Positions 1 through 8,086 of a stretch of DNA of 11,687 nucleotides are shown piece after piece; position 1 is the stretch's first letter, and every line of letters starts with the position of its first letter. The DNA lies in assembly GCA_020833025.1 (NCBI GenBank), contig JAJHRB010000048.1, positions 1-11,687 on the forward strand. Direction: 5' to 3'. The position numbers were made by a program, and so were the translations under genes. The stretch is from Thermoproteaceae archaeon (lineage in GTDB: Archaea; Thermoproteota; Thermoprotei; Thermoproteales; Thermoproteaceae). The notes under the pieces were generated by a model. That model saw only the letters and a list, made by a program, of their open reading frames with translations, ran no database searches and was not told the DNA's origin.

Positions 1-2
1 CC

Positions 3-458
3 AGGAGGCGGAGGGGGGAGGGCATAATCTCGGCGCTCGCGAGGGACTGGGCGAGGGAGGAGGAGGAGCTGGCCAGGCGCGCGTTCAGAATCCTCGAGGG
101 CGTGAAACTCGCCGACAAGTGGGACAGACCGGCCTACGCCCTGTCGGGCGGCGAGACGAAACTGCTCGAGATCGCCAGGGCGCTGATGGCGGGAGCCGAG
201 CTCATAATCCTGGACGAGCCGCTTGCCGGGATTCACGTGAGTTACGCCCACGAGCTGCTCAAGGCGCTGAGGGACCTGAGCCAGCAACACGGGGTCACGC
301 CCCTCATAATCGAGCACAGAATTGACATAGCATTTAAGTACGCCGACTACGTCTACGTGATGGCGGGCGGCCAGATTGTGTCACGCGGGACTCCCGACGA
401 GGTCATTGCTGACCCGAGGGTGAAGGAGGCCTACGTGGGATCCTACTCCGCAGCCTGA
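3..458 (+). CDS. livG: Branched-chain amino acid ABC transporter ATP-binding subunit (LivG-like), 5'-truncated by the window edge
   Basis: The frame is open from base 3 (RRRRGEGIISALARDWAREEEELARRAFRILEGVKL...), so the GTG at 102 is internal. It has the signature LSGGE, Walker B IILDEP, H-loop IIEHR, and the LLEIARAL / DEPLAG / GTPDEVIADPRVKEAYVG pattern typical of LivG. Confidence 0.85.
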   Translation, partial: RRRRGEGIISALARDWAREEEELARRAFRILEGVKLADKWDRPAYALSGGETKLLEIARALMAGAELIILDEPLAGIHVSYAHELLKALRDLSQQHGVTPLIIEHRIDIAFKYADYVYVMAGGQIVSRGTPDEVIADPRVKEAYVGSYSAA

Positions 459-470
459 AAAGCTTAAATA
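458..470 (+). promoter_or_regulatory. Archaeal BRE/TATA promoter of the tRNA gene
   Basis: AAAAG-CTTAAATA ends 21 nt before the tRNA 5' end at 492. Confidence 0.7.
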
Positions 471-491
471 GCGGCTCCCGGCGCGGGGCGA

Positions 492-579
492 GCCGGGGTG
501 GCCGAGCGGCCCAAGGCGCGGGCCTGCTAAGCCCGTCCCCGTTGAGGGGGCCCGGGTTCAAATCCCGGCCCCGGCGCCA
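492..579 (+). tRNA. tRNA-Ser(GCT), intronless, CCA encoded; integration target
   Basis: Folded by hand: acceptor GCCGGGG (492-498) / CCCCGGC (569-575), D arm, anticodon stem CGGGC/GCCCG with loop CTGCTAA (GCT at 526-528), long variable arm CCCC-GTTGA-GGGG, T arm CCGGG-TTCAAAT-CCCGG, discriminator G576, CCA 577-579. Confidence 0.97.
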
Positions 580-602
580 GCCCCTCTTGACACATATCAA
601 GT
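520..602 (+). repeat. Left attachment site (direct repeat copy 1)
   Basis: 520-580 is identical to 11340-11400 (61 bp). After 2 mismatches (CC vs TT), 583-602 is identical to 11403-11422 (20 bp). Confidence 0.95.
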
Positions 603-691
603 AGCGGCGCCGCCTTTGCAACGACGGCGCGCTTTGTCCAAAAGCGGGCCAAGCCCTTCAAAAGGCGCGCGACCAAGAACCGTCCAGGCGT

Positions 692-1531
692 CTATTGCCG
701 TACGGTATTCTGTCTCTCCTGCATCTCGATCAACCGCTCCACAAGTTTGTAGAAGGCCCTCTCCGTGATGACACGCTTCAAGACCTGCAGGGTGCGGTTA
801 ACGGCCGCCTCCTCTATCATCCGCTCGAGTTCCTCTCTCGCGCCAGGCACCTCCTTTATCAGCCGCTCCACGTCCACGTTGGGCTCGAGAACAATAATCT
901 CACTCTGCGCGCGGCTGCGGAAGAGCTCGAAGAGCTGCCGGTACTCACGGCTGTCGCTAAACGGCAGCACGAAATACGTGCAGGACAGATCGTGGTCGTG
1001 CTGCAGTATTGCCGCCAGGTCCTCCACGGAGCCGACACAGAGCACCCGAACGTCTCTGCACCAGCTCCACGAGCTCCACGGCCGCTTGGGAAACGCCCGC
1101 GGGGAAAGCAGCCACGCGCAGAGGAAGTAGTACTCGGGGTGCCCCGCCTGTATTGCAGCCCTGACGCACTCCCTGGACCTCTCGCAGAACTCTGCCGGCG
1201 TCACGGCGCTGTTGACCTCCACGACCGCCCGCATGAAGTGAGCGAGGGGATCCGCCGCGGGCAGGCAGACCCTGGCGCCGTCTCTCAGGACTCCGAGCTC
1301 CTCGAGCGCGTCTCCCACCATCGTCCTCACGCTGCGGTAGTTCCGCAAAACGCCGCACCTCGCGCTCAGCTCGTACACTTCGGCGATCAGGGCGTCCCGC
1401 TTCGCGCACCCGCCCCGGCGCTCGAGCAGCTGCCTCACAGCCGCGCGCACGAAGTCCCTAGCGGAGCTGACGCCCTCAGGGCATTCCGGCCCCTGGACAG
1501 GGCCGCCGTTGCCCTCCCCTGTTGACGCCAT
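692..1531 (-). CDS. Hypothetical protein (~279 aa), possible N-terminal winged-helix domain and C-terminal alpha/beta domain
   Basis: Protein-like ORF divergent from the rep operon. ATG 1531 (MASTGEG...) is preferred over 1585 because the extra 18 codons run through the intergenic repeat region. The N-terminal helical segment ending in a beta hairpin (RDFVRAAVRQLLERRGG...LGVLRDGARVCL) only suggests a wHTH. Confidence 0.7.
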   Translation of the reverse strand: MASTGEGNGGPVQGPECPEGVSSARDFVRAAVRQLLERRGGCAKRDALIAEVYELSARCGVLRNYRSVRTMVGDALEELGVLRDGARVCLPAADPLAHFMRAVVEVNSAVTPAEFCERSRECVRAAIQAGHPEYYFLCAWLLSPRAFPKRPWSSWSWCRDVRVLCVGSVEDLAAILQHDHDLSCTYFVLPFSDSREYRQLFELFRSRAQSEIIVLEPNVDVERLIKEVPGAREELERMIEEAAVNRTLQVLKRVITERAFYKLVERLIEMQERQNTVRQ

Positions 1532-1647
1532 AAGCCTGTCCAAGCTCCGGCCTAAATGAGCCTTTCGGTGGCAACGGCGCTTCAACAGCGCTGCCGTGAT
1601 GCCGCAACGGCGGGGCGCACATTTCTAGCCGCGCGCGTGCGGGGCAC

Positions 1648-2001
1648 ATGCGGTCTCATGCCCATGCCCATGTCGGGTGCGTCCTGGGCAGGATAGTGAG
1701 ATTCGGCCCGCGCCAGTTCGAGATCTCGCTGGATCCGCCGCCGTGGTGGCTCCCGAAGCTGCAGATGGCGAAGTACTTCCTCGCCGCGCTGCAGGTCGGG
1801 GACAGGGTGATCCAGAACGTCAGGCTCACGCTCCACCGCCGGCGCGGCGGCAGGGTCTACTTCTACGTGCCCGGCGACGCGCGGCTCGCGCTAGAGGAGG
1901 CGGCGGGCAGGGGGGAGCGTCTCGTCTACATTCTCGACCTGATACCGCTGCCGGAAACGGTATCCCCGAAGAGACAAAACAAGCGGGCCGCGCCGGCATG
2001 A
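1648..2001 (+). CDS. Small putative DNA-binding regulator (possibly AbrB/SpoVT-like), paralog of 9598..9957
   Basis: First gene of the operon, with its stop overlapping the next start (ATGA 1998-2001). It aligns by eye with 9598..9957 (DPPxW, RRRG, YVP motifs). The fold assignment is inference. Confidence 0.75.
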   Translation: MRSHAHAHVGCVLGRIVRFGPRQFEISLDPPPWWLPKLQMAKYFLAALQVGDRVIQNVRLTLHRRRGGRVYFYVPGDARLALEEAAGRGERLVYILDLIPLPETVSPKRQNKRAAPA

Positions 2002-2294
2002 CCGCGCCGGCGCAGGCAAGGGGCGCTGGGAGCGCCAGAGCTGGCGGCGCCCCGCCGCCGGGCGATGGGAATTATTTAAGCGTGTTGGCCGTGAGGAAGC
2101 TGAACGGCATCACGCTGCCCGTCATAACGTGTCTTGGTGACAGTGTGATGACAGTGCACCGCACGCCTCCCGCAATTGTCAGAAAGATACTTGACGAGGA
2201 GCCAATTGAAGTTGACAAACATGCAATCTTCTTCGACGAAATTGAAAAGATCAAACGCTGCACGGGCAAGAGAGTTGTCATAAGGCTGCCATGA
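1998..2294 (+). CDS. Hypothetical protein (98 aa)
   Basis: C-terminal part of ORF 1677..2294 starting at ATG 1998. It has ATGA overlaps with both the upstream and downstream genes, and the C-terminal ~70 aa look globular. Confidence 0.7.
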   Translation: MTAPAQARGAGSARAGGAPPPGDGNYLSVLAVRKLNGITLPVITCLGDSVMTVHRTPPAIVRKILDEEPIEVDKHAIFFDEIEKIKRCTGKRVVIRLP

Positions 2295-5200
2295 GTGCAG
2301 TTGAAAGCAGCTGTCTGAAAGACCTCAAGGCGCCGCACTTCGCCGCGGGCGAGAGGGCAGTCGTCGTCACGCGGAGCGGCAAGTACTACGAGGTGCGGAT
2401 CGTGGACGCGCGCGACTGTCGCGTCATTGAGATCGTCGCGCAGACGAGGAGCCTGGCGTCGGGGTCGGTCGAGAAGGCGCTGCGCCGTGCAGGCCTCTCG
2501 GCGGAGGACATCGCGAAATTCCTCGACTGGGCAAGGGGGCTCGGGCAGGCCAGGGGCAGAGGGAAGGAGGAGGTCGCGAGACTGCTCAAGGAGGTGATCG
2601 ACGGCGCGAGGAGGGCGCTGGCGGGAGATTTGAGCACGCCGCACTTGAACGTCCTGATACCGAAGCGCGACAAGACGACCGTCACGGGGTGCCGCCCGGC
2701 GGAGTGCTGGCAGCGCGCCAACGCCGCGGCGGTCAGGCCTAGGGACATAGATCCAGATCTGGCAATTCTCGACTTCGACTCGGAGAGGGCGCTGGCAGCG
2801 GCCGCGCGGCTCGGCTTTGACCCCAATAAGCACATGCACATCCTGGCAGGCCCTGCCGTTGACGGCGCCGTTCTCACGCCGGAGGGGCTGTGGAGGCTGC
2901 CGGACGGCCGCGTCCTCGAGCGGGTCCCGCGCAGGATCCACCTGCCCGTGTACGTTCCTGGCGGCTGCAAGAGAGACTTGCGGGCGCCCGGACTCGAGGT
3001 AAAGTGCAAGACGCCCGTGAACATTGCGGGGAGGCACCCCTCTGGCGCCGAGTACGAGCTCGTCGACGGCGAGCTCCTGGAGGCCAGCTGGCGGGCAATT
3101 AAGGATCTCGTCGCGGAGCTCGGGGGAGACCTGCCCGGCTACGAGAGACCGCCAGAGTGCAGCGAGGAAAGAGCGGTGGACGTAGACGAGCTGGCAGGGC
3201 TCTTCGGCCGCGTATACGCGCTGGCGCACCTCGCGGGCTGCCCGCGCCACGACGCGATTTACGACCTGGCAATCCTGGGCCGCTTCGCTTGCGTCAAGAG
3301 GGAGGTTATTGAGGAGGTCGTCAGGCGCGTTTACGGGAGCGCGGGGGAGGAGTCGCAGACGCTGTCCCAGAGACTCAATCACGTCGAGAGGGCATACCGC
3401 GCCGTCCCGCCGGGGTCCGGAGAGCCGGGCCCGAAGCTCAAGTCGCCGGAGAAGATACTGGAGGCGTGGTACAAGATCGACAGGGAGGCCGCAGAGATGA
3501 TCGCAAAAATTTTGAACATCGGTCTTCACCGCGCCCCGGCAGCCGAGTGTCTTGAGTTCTACATGAATATTTGCGAAAGGCGGGTGGTCGCCCGCCCCGC
3601 AGAGGACAGCAGGATTTACGTCCTTATCGAGAGCTATCACTGCAAGGAGATCGTGAACAAGAAGACCTGGGAGGTCGAGAAAAAGATCTGCGGTTACTTC
3701 CACAAGGCGGTGATTTACCACGGCCCCAAGCCGCGCAGGGTTTACGACGTGACGCGGCAGATGTGGTACTACGAAATTGGCGGCTATTACGGTACGGACC
3801 TGCGCGCGGTCGTCGAGAAGCTGAGAAAGGCGTCGGCAGGCGAGCCGATGTACATCAGCTCTAAGCACCTCGACGAGCTGATTGCGATTTTCCAGAAGGT
3901 GGCCGACAGGCATGAAGTGGCCCTTGCCGTCGGCATCCTCCCCGCCGAGAGCGGGGCCGCGCTGGTGGACGACCACGGCATTCTCGACACGGGGCCCTCG
4001 CCTGAGGACGCAGTCGCCGACCTCGAGAGGGCGCTGAGATCCGTCCTGAAAGTCTACCCGCCCGAGAATCATGACGCCGCGCTCGCGTCTGCGGGCTACG
4101 TCCTGGCCCTGAACGCAGCGCCCGTCTGGTGGTTCCACAAGCCCAACGCCGAGGTGCCGCTCCCGATAATTCACGGCGAGTCCGGTCTCGGCAAGTCCGA
4201 GCTGATGCGGAGGGTGGTAGAGCTGGCGGTCATAGGCCTGGAGGCGAGAAGGAGAATCGTGGAGATACGGAAGAAGATCGTCGACGAGCAGATAGCGGAG
4301 TACCTCGCGCCGGAGGTGTACAAGGCCACGGAGTATTTTTCGGCCGAGCAGTTCCGCAACGACCTAGACGCCAACCCGCTCGTTCTAATAGTGGACGAGC
4401 AGAGGCCCGGCGACCCGAGGAGCGAGAGGGCCCCCGCCAAGATCTACGGCCGCTTCTGGCTCCAGGTATCGACGGCAGAGTGGGGCAGAAGGCTCGCCCA
4501 GCACGCCTCGAGATACGGCGGAGGGTTCGGCTACAAGTTCTTCCGGCAGAGGGCATTTGCCATCGTAACGAACTACCCCCCCGAGAAGTGGAAGCGCGCG
4601 GGCCTCGCGTTGGGGGCCAGCGCCGAGGGCGCCGTGGATCGCCGCATTTTCGAGATCCCCTGGGAGAACGTCAAGCTCGACGGCACCAAGCTGGACAAGA
4701 TGTACACGCCGCGCTACTCGGTGCTGGGCGCCCTCGTGCACGTAATTAACAAGCACTTCCGGGAGCTGATCTCTGCGGGCAAGTTCGCGGACTTCGCGAT
4801 AAAGCTATGGCTGAAAGTCGCCGAGGAGTTCGAGCCCAGGCTGGGCCGGCTGGAGGGCATACGGAGGATGGCAGAGGCGTTAGAAAAGCTCAAGCGCTAC
4901 AATGAGGAGCGGCTTGCCCTCCGCGACCCGGTCACGGCGGCGAGGGAGGAGCTCCGGCGCAACGCGCTGGAGTACTTGAGGGAGGAGGCAAAAGTGCCCG
5001 ACCTGAGCCCTGCCAGGCTCGCGGTTAAGGTGATCGAGTACGCGCAGGAGCTGGGGCTGGTGTTTCGCAAGCCAAAATGGGCAGACGAGGTTGACAGGGT
5101 TCGCGAGGACTTCTGCAGGGCGCTTGCAGCCGCGGTCGGCGTTCCGGACTACGACTGCAGCACGTTCGTGACGACAAGGGTGGAGGAGTACAAGACGCCG

Positions 5201-5887
5201 GCAGAGGCGCCGCTCTTCAACCTCATTGCCGACAGGGAGCTGCGGGAGGCGCTCTGGCGCGTCTTCGTGGACTACGCGGCCAGGGGATACGTCCCCTCAG
5301 TTCTGGCGGGGAGCGTGCTCTGGCCGAAGAACACCAGAGCGCTCGGGAAGATTCCCAGAACGCCGTGGAAACGCCCGGACGGAACCGTCGAGTGCTATTA
5401 TAAACTGAGCTGGCAGGAGTTCTTCGAGACCTTTGTCGGCAGGCTCTTCATTGCCGAGGAGGAGACACATGCTGAAGAAACAGCTACCTCCCCGGCGCCC
5501 GGTGTTGAGCGTGTTGAGTTTCCGAAGCCCTTGACAGGCGTTGGGGAACAAGCGACAAATATCGAAACCGCCCCGCCGAGCGGTGTCAATATAAGTAAAG
5601 CGCAAAGCGAACTCAACACGCTCAACACGCTCAACACGCTCAACACCGCCCCCCGGGACACACTAACAGAAAAGGACATGCACGCACATCATGGAGGCAG
5701 AATTGAGCGGTGCAAGGCGAACATAATTTGCTGGAACCGCTTGCAGGTCTGCATCTGGCGGTCACTGAGAGGCACCCCGGAGGAGAAGAAAAAGCTTGCT
5801 GCCGAGGAGCTGGAGAGACGCGGCGAGCTGTTTTACAAGTGTCTCGCAGACGCCGAGGAGTACGCCGAGAGGGAGTCGGGGGCGTGA
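2291..5887 (+). CDS. Replication protein: PrimPol (AEP superfamily) + PriCT-like helical domain + SF3 helicase
   Basis: PrimPol-like motifs: LNVLIPKRDK, LAILDFD (2771-2779), KHMHIL (2831-2839), GLEVK...HPSGAEY. PriCT-like segment: GCPRHDAIYDLA...VERAY. SF3 motifs: Walker A GESGLGKS (4175-4198), Walker B VLIVDE, motif C IVTN, arginine finger AVDRRIFEIPW. Confidence 0.88.
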   Translation: MSAVESSCLKDLKAPHFAAGERAVVVTRSGKYYEVRIVDARDCRVIEIVAQTRSLASGSVEKALRRAGLSAEDIAKFLDWARGLGQARGRGKEEVARLLKEVIDGARRALAGDLSTPHLNVLIPKRDKTTVTGCRPAECWQRANAAAVRPRDIDPDLAILDFDSERALAAAARLGFDPNKHMHILAGPAVDGAVLTPEGLWRLPDGRVLERVPRRIHLPVYVPGGCKRDLRAPGLEVKCKTPVNIAGRHPSGAEYELVDGELLEASWRAIKDLVAELGGDLPGYERPPECSEERAVDVDELAGLFGRVYALAHLAGCPRHDAIYDLAILGRFACVKREVIEEVVRRVYGSAGEESQTLSQRLNHVERAYRAVPPGSGEPGPKLKSPEKILEAWYKIDREAAEMIAKILNIGLHRAPAAECLEFYMNICERRVVARPAEDSRIYVLIESYHCKEIVNKKTWEVEKKICGYFHKAVIYHGPKPRRVYDVTRQMWYYEIGGYYGTDLRAVVEKLRKASAGEPMYISSKHLDELIAIFQKVADRHEVALAVGILPAESGAALVDDHGILDTGPSPEDAVADLERALRSVLKVYPPENHDAALASAGYVLALNAAPVWWFHKPNAEVPLPIIHGESGLGKSELMRRVVELAVIGLEARRRIVEIRKKIVDEQIAEYLAPEVYKATEYFSAEQFRNDLDANPLVLIVDEQRPGDPRSERAPAKIYGRFWLQVSTAEWGRRLAQHASRYGGGFGYKFFRQRAFAIVTNYPPEKWKRAGLALGASAEGAVDRRIFEIPWENVKLDGTKLDKMYTPRYSVLGALVHVINKHFRELISAGKFADFAIKLWLKVAEEFEPRLGRLEGIRRMAEALEKLKRYNEERLALRDPVTAAREELRRNALEYLREEAKVPDLSPARLAVKVIEYAQELGLVFRKPKWADEVDRVREDFCRALAAAVGVPDYDCSTFVTTRVEEYKTPAEAPLFNLIADRELREALWRVFVDYAARGYVPSVLAGSVLWPKNTRALGKIPRTPWKRPDGTVECYYKLSWQEFFETFVGRLFIAEEETHAEETATSPAPGVERVEFPKPLTGVGEQATNIETAPPSGVNISKAQSELNTLNTLNTLNTAPRDTLTEKDMHAHHGGRIERCKANIICWNRLQVCIWRSLRGTPEEKKKLAAEELERRGELFYKCLADAEEYAERESGA
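5500..5648. repeat. Origin-like module 1 inside the 3' end of rep
   Basis: GTGTTGAG x2 (5502-5518), a 93-bp core, then CTCAACAC x4 at 9-bp period (5612-5647). 5502-5520 and 5610-5628 form a perfect 19-bp inverted repeat. The right arm encodes LNTLNTLNTLNT. Confidence 0.8.
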
Positions 5888-8000
5888 TCTACCTCGGCGG
5901 CGTCAAGTTCTGGGACGGGGAGCGGGTCAGGGCCTTCTGGCCGTACTTCTACGTCATCTCGACGGGGCGCGTCCCCGGCGCGGAGAGGACCGACCTGAAC
6001 GCCCGCTGCTGGGACGGCACGGGCTACAGGGAGTGTCCCGGCAGGGTCTACGCCGCGCGCGCGCGCGGCACCCCGCGGAGGTCAGGGAGCTCAGGGAGAA
6101 GTACGCCAAGTATGGCAAGGTGTCGCAGGCGCGCATCCTCTTCGTTTTCAGGTACTCCGTGGACACGGGCAGGCCCCCGCTGGTCTTCGCGAGAGATGAG
6201 CGCGAGCTGGCTGACAGCATGGAGAGACGGGTCCCGAGGTACGCTGTCGTGGACGTGGAGGTGGTCAACGGCAGGGTGCTGTACGGCTGGGCCCTCCCCG
6301 GCGGCGGGGTGAAAATATCGGACAATATCCTTGATCTGTACGCCGACCTGGAGAAGGTGAACCTCGTCGTCGGCTACAACCTTGCCGGCTTTGACTACAA
6401 GTACCTCGGCGGCACGCAGCTCTACATAGACGCCGGGAAGCCCGTCGGCATTGTCGACCTCTTCGACTTCGCGACGGGCGGCTGGCGCTCCTCGCTGGGC
6501 GTCGGCGAGGAGGCATACTCGCTGCACGAGGTGGTCAGGCAGGTCGGGCCCCCGCCGGAGATCGACATGCGCGAGTGGGTCAAGGCCAAGATGCGGCGCG
6601 GCTGGCTGGCGGGAGAGGAGCTGAGGCGCTACCTGGAGTGGGACGTCCTCGCGACTCTCCGTCTCGCGGAGGCGTGGCTTCCCGTGCTCGCGGCGCTGGG
6701 ATCCCTGGCTGGAGTCCCGCTCCACCTGCTCTGGGTCTCCGCGCGGAGCGCGTCGCCGGGCAGTCTCCACGAGGCGATGCTGGCCAGGCTGACCGTCGAG
6801 AGGGGGTACGTCCTCGAGGACAGGAGGCGCGAGCGCTCGTTCGGCGGGGAGAAGGTCGTCCTCAGGAGGTGCGGCCTGTTCCGCAGGGTTGCCGAGTACG
6901 ACTTCCACATGCTGTACCCCACGGCGTATTACGAGCTCGGCGTTGACCCCATAGAGGCGTACGAGTGCCAGAACGGCTTCCGCGGCGCCGGGAAGACCGT
7001 GTGCTTCAGGCAGGGCGACGCCTACGCCTACCTCGCCAGGGTGTACAAGGCAAGGGAGATAACGAAGAAAATGGGCGACAAGGCGCTGGACCAGGCCGTC
7101 AAGATCGTGGCCAACTCCGCCTACGGCGTGCTGGCAAAGCCCGAGGGCTACGGTCTCAACGAGCACGCCTCCGCCGTGATCTTCAACGAGACGGGGGCCC
7201 TCTTCGAGAGACTGGTGGATAAAATGCGCGCCATATACGGCGACACGGACTCCGTCTACGTCCCGCTCGCCAGCGACCCCTACCCCGACGATCACGTCAC
7301 GGCCGTGGCGCAGGGCACCGCCAGGGAGCTGTGGGGGGACAAGATGCTGTACGGCGGGATCCACTTCCGCCTCAAGCTCGAGGGGGTCTGGGACGTCTTC
7401 ATCTACGAGAAGAAGAACTATATCAAGTGGAACGAGAGTAAAATCGAGACCAGAGGCGCGGTCTTCAAGCCGAACCAGCTCCCCGCCGGCTGGAAGTACG
7501 GCGACTGGCGCCGGCTTCTCGTGGAGTTCGCGGAGGGGAGGAAGTGCTGGCTGGAGGAGCTCCGGAAGCTGCCGCCGGAAGACGCCATGCTGGAGACGTC
7601 CATCGACCTCGCCGACTTCTTCACGACAACGAGAGGAGAGGACATCAAGGCGCTTGACCTGCGGCGGCTGCCCGTCCTCGCGAGACTCCTCGTGGAGTCT
7701 GGCGGCACGGCCTACGCGCTGAGAAGGGGCGAGCGCGGCATTGTTGACGCCCGCTACCTCTTCATCAGCCGCGGCTTGAAGAGCCTGTCGCTGATCGTCC
7801 ACGCGGCCGGGGGGCTCTTCCGCGTCGACGTGTCGAGGGCGGAGCTCCGGAAGGACGGGAGGGGCAGGCCGGTCGCCGCGGAAATTGCCGGTACGTACAG
7901 GCCGCTCGAGAGCGCGGAGACAGTCTACGAGGCGGCCGCGGCCACTTACACCCACCTGAGGGGAGTGTTCGGGGACTGCAGGCGGGCCAGACTGGCGTGA
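5884..8000 (+). CDS. polB: Family B DNA polymerase with 3'-5' exonuclease (~704 aa if repaired), frameshifted at ~6054-6074
   Basis: The GTG start overlaps the rep stop (GTGA 5884-5887). The N-terminal FWPYFYV segment is in the 5710 frame and everything from HPAEVRELREK onward is in the 5796 frame. Exo I VVDVE, Exo II GYNLAGFD, Exo III YLEWD. Pol motifs DFHMLYPT, KIVANSAYG, YGDTDS, KKNY. Confidence 0.92.
6054..6067. repeat. (CG)7 microsatellite at the polB frameshift
   Basis: CGCGCGCGCGCGCG is read directly. Removing one CG joins the two frames as VYAARARHPAEV. Confidence 0.85.
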
Positions 8001-8086
8001 CGGGCTGGAATCACGGCCGTGACCCCAGCGCTCGGCTCTGCCTCCGGGCGCGCGCATGTGCTTTCTCTAGTCTCCATGCCCGGTAC

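Noticed and set aside
403-621. ORFs 403..621 (-) and 11112..11456 (-) share the peptide ICVKRxWRRGRDLNPGPLNGDGLSRP
   Set aside because: The shared peptide is only the antisense translation of the duplicated tRNA/att sequence.
630-646. Inverted repeat CGCTTT-N5-AAAGCG and nearby CAAAAG motifs as integrase arm sites
   Set aside because: Too short to separate from chance, and there is only one 7-bp match (CCAAAAG) on the other att arm.
5612-5647. CRISPR array or protein repeat domain (LNT x4)
   Set aside because: The units are 9 bp with no spacers and there are no cas genes. The inverted copies and the non-coding second module show a DNA-level signal.
5796-5883. polB start at 5796, or a separate gene 5710..6312
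   Set aside because: The 5796 N-terminus overlaps rep and is not PolB-like. The PYFY segment starts at the coupled GTG 5884 in the other frame, so these are two halves of one frameshifted gene.
5884-8000. Casposon or protein-primed PolB element
   Set aside because: There is no Cas1, no terminal inverted repeats at the element ends and no evident TPR1/TPR2 insertions. A primase is encoded, and the ends are tRNA direct repeats.
2072-8057. Long antisense ORFs 2072..4174 (-) and 6048..8057 (-), plus 695..1525 (+), 10076..10606 (+), 8914..9702 (-) and many short overlapping ORFs
   Set aside because: They are shadows of motif-bearing genes on the other strand or frame, which is expected at high GC3. 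None has recognisable motifs.
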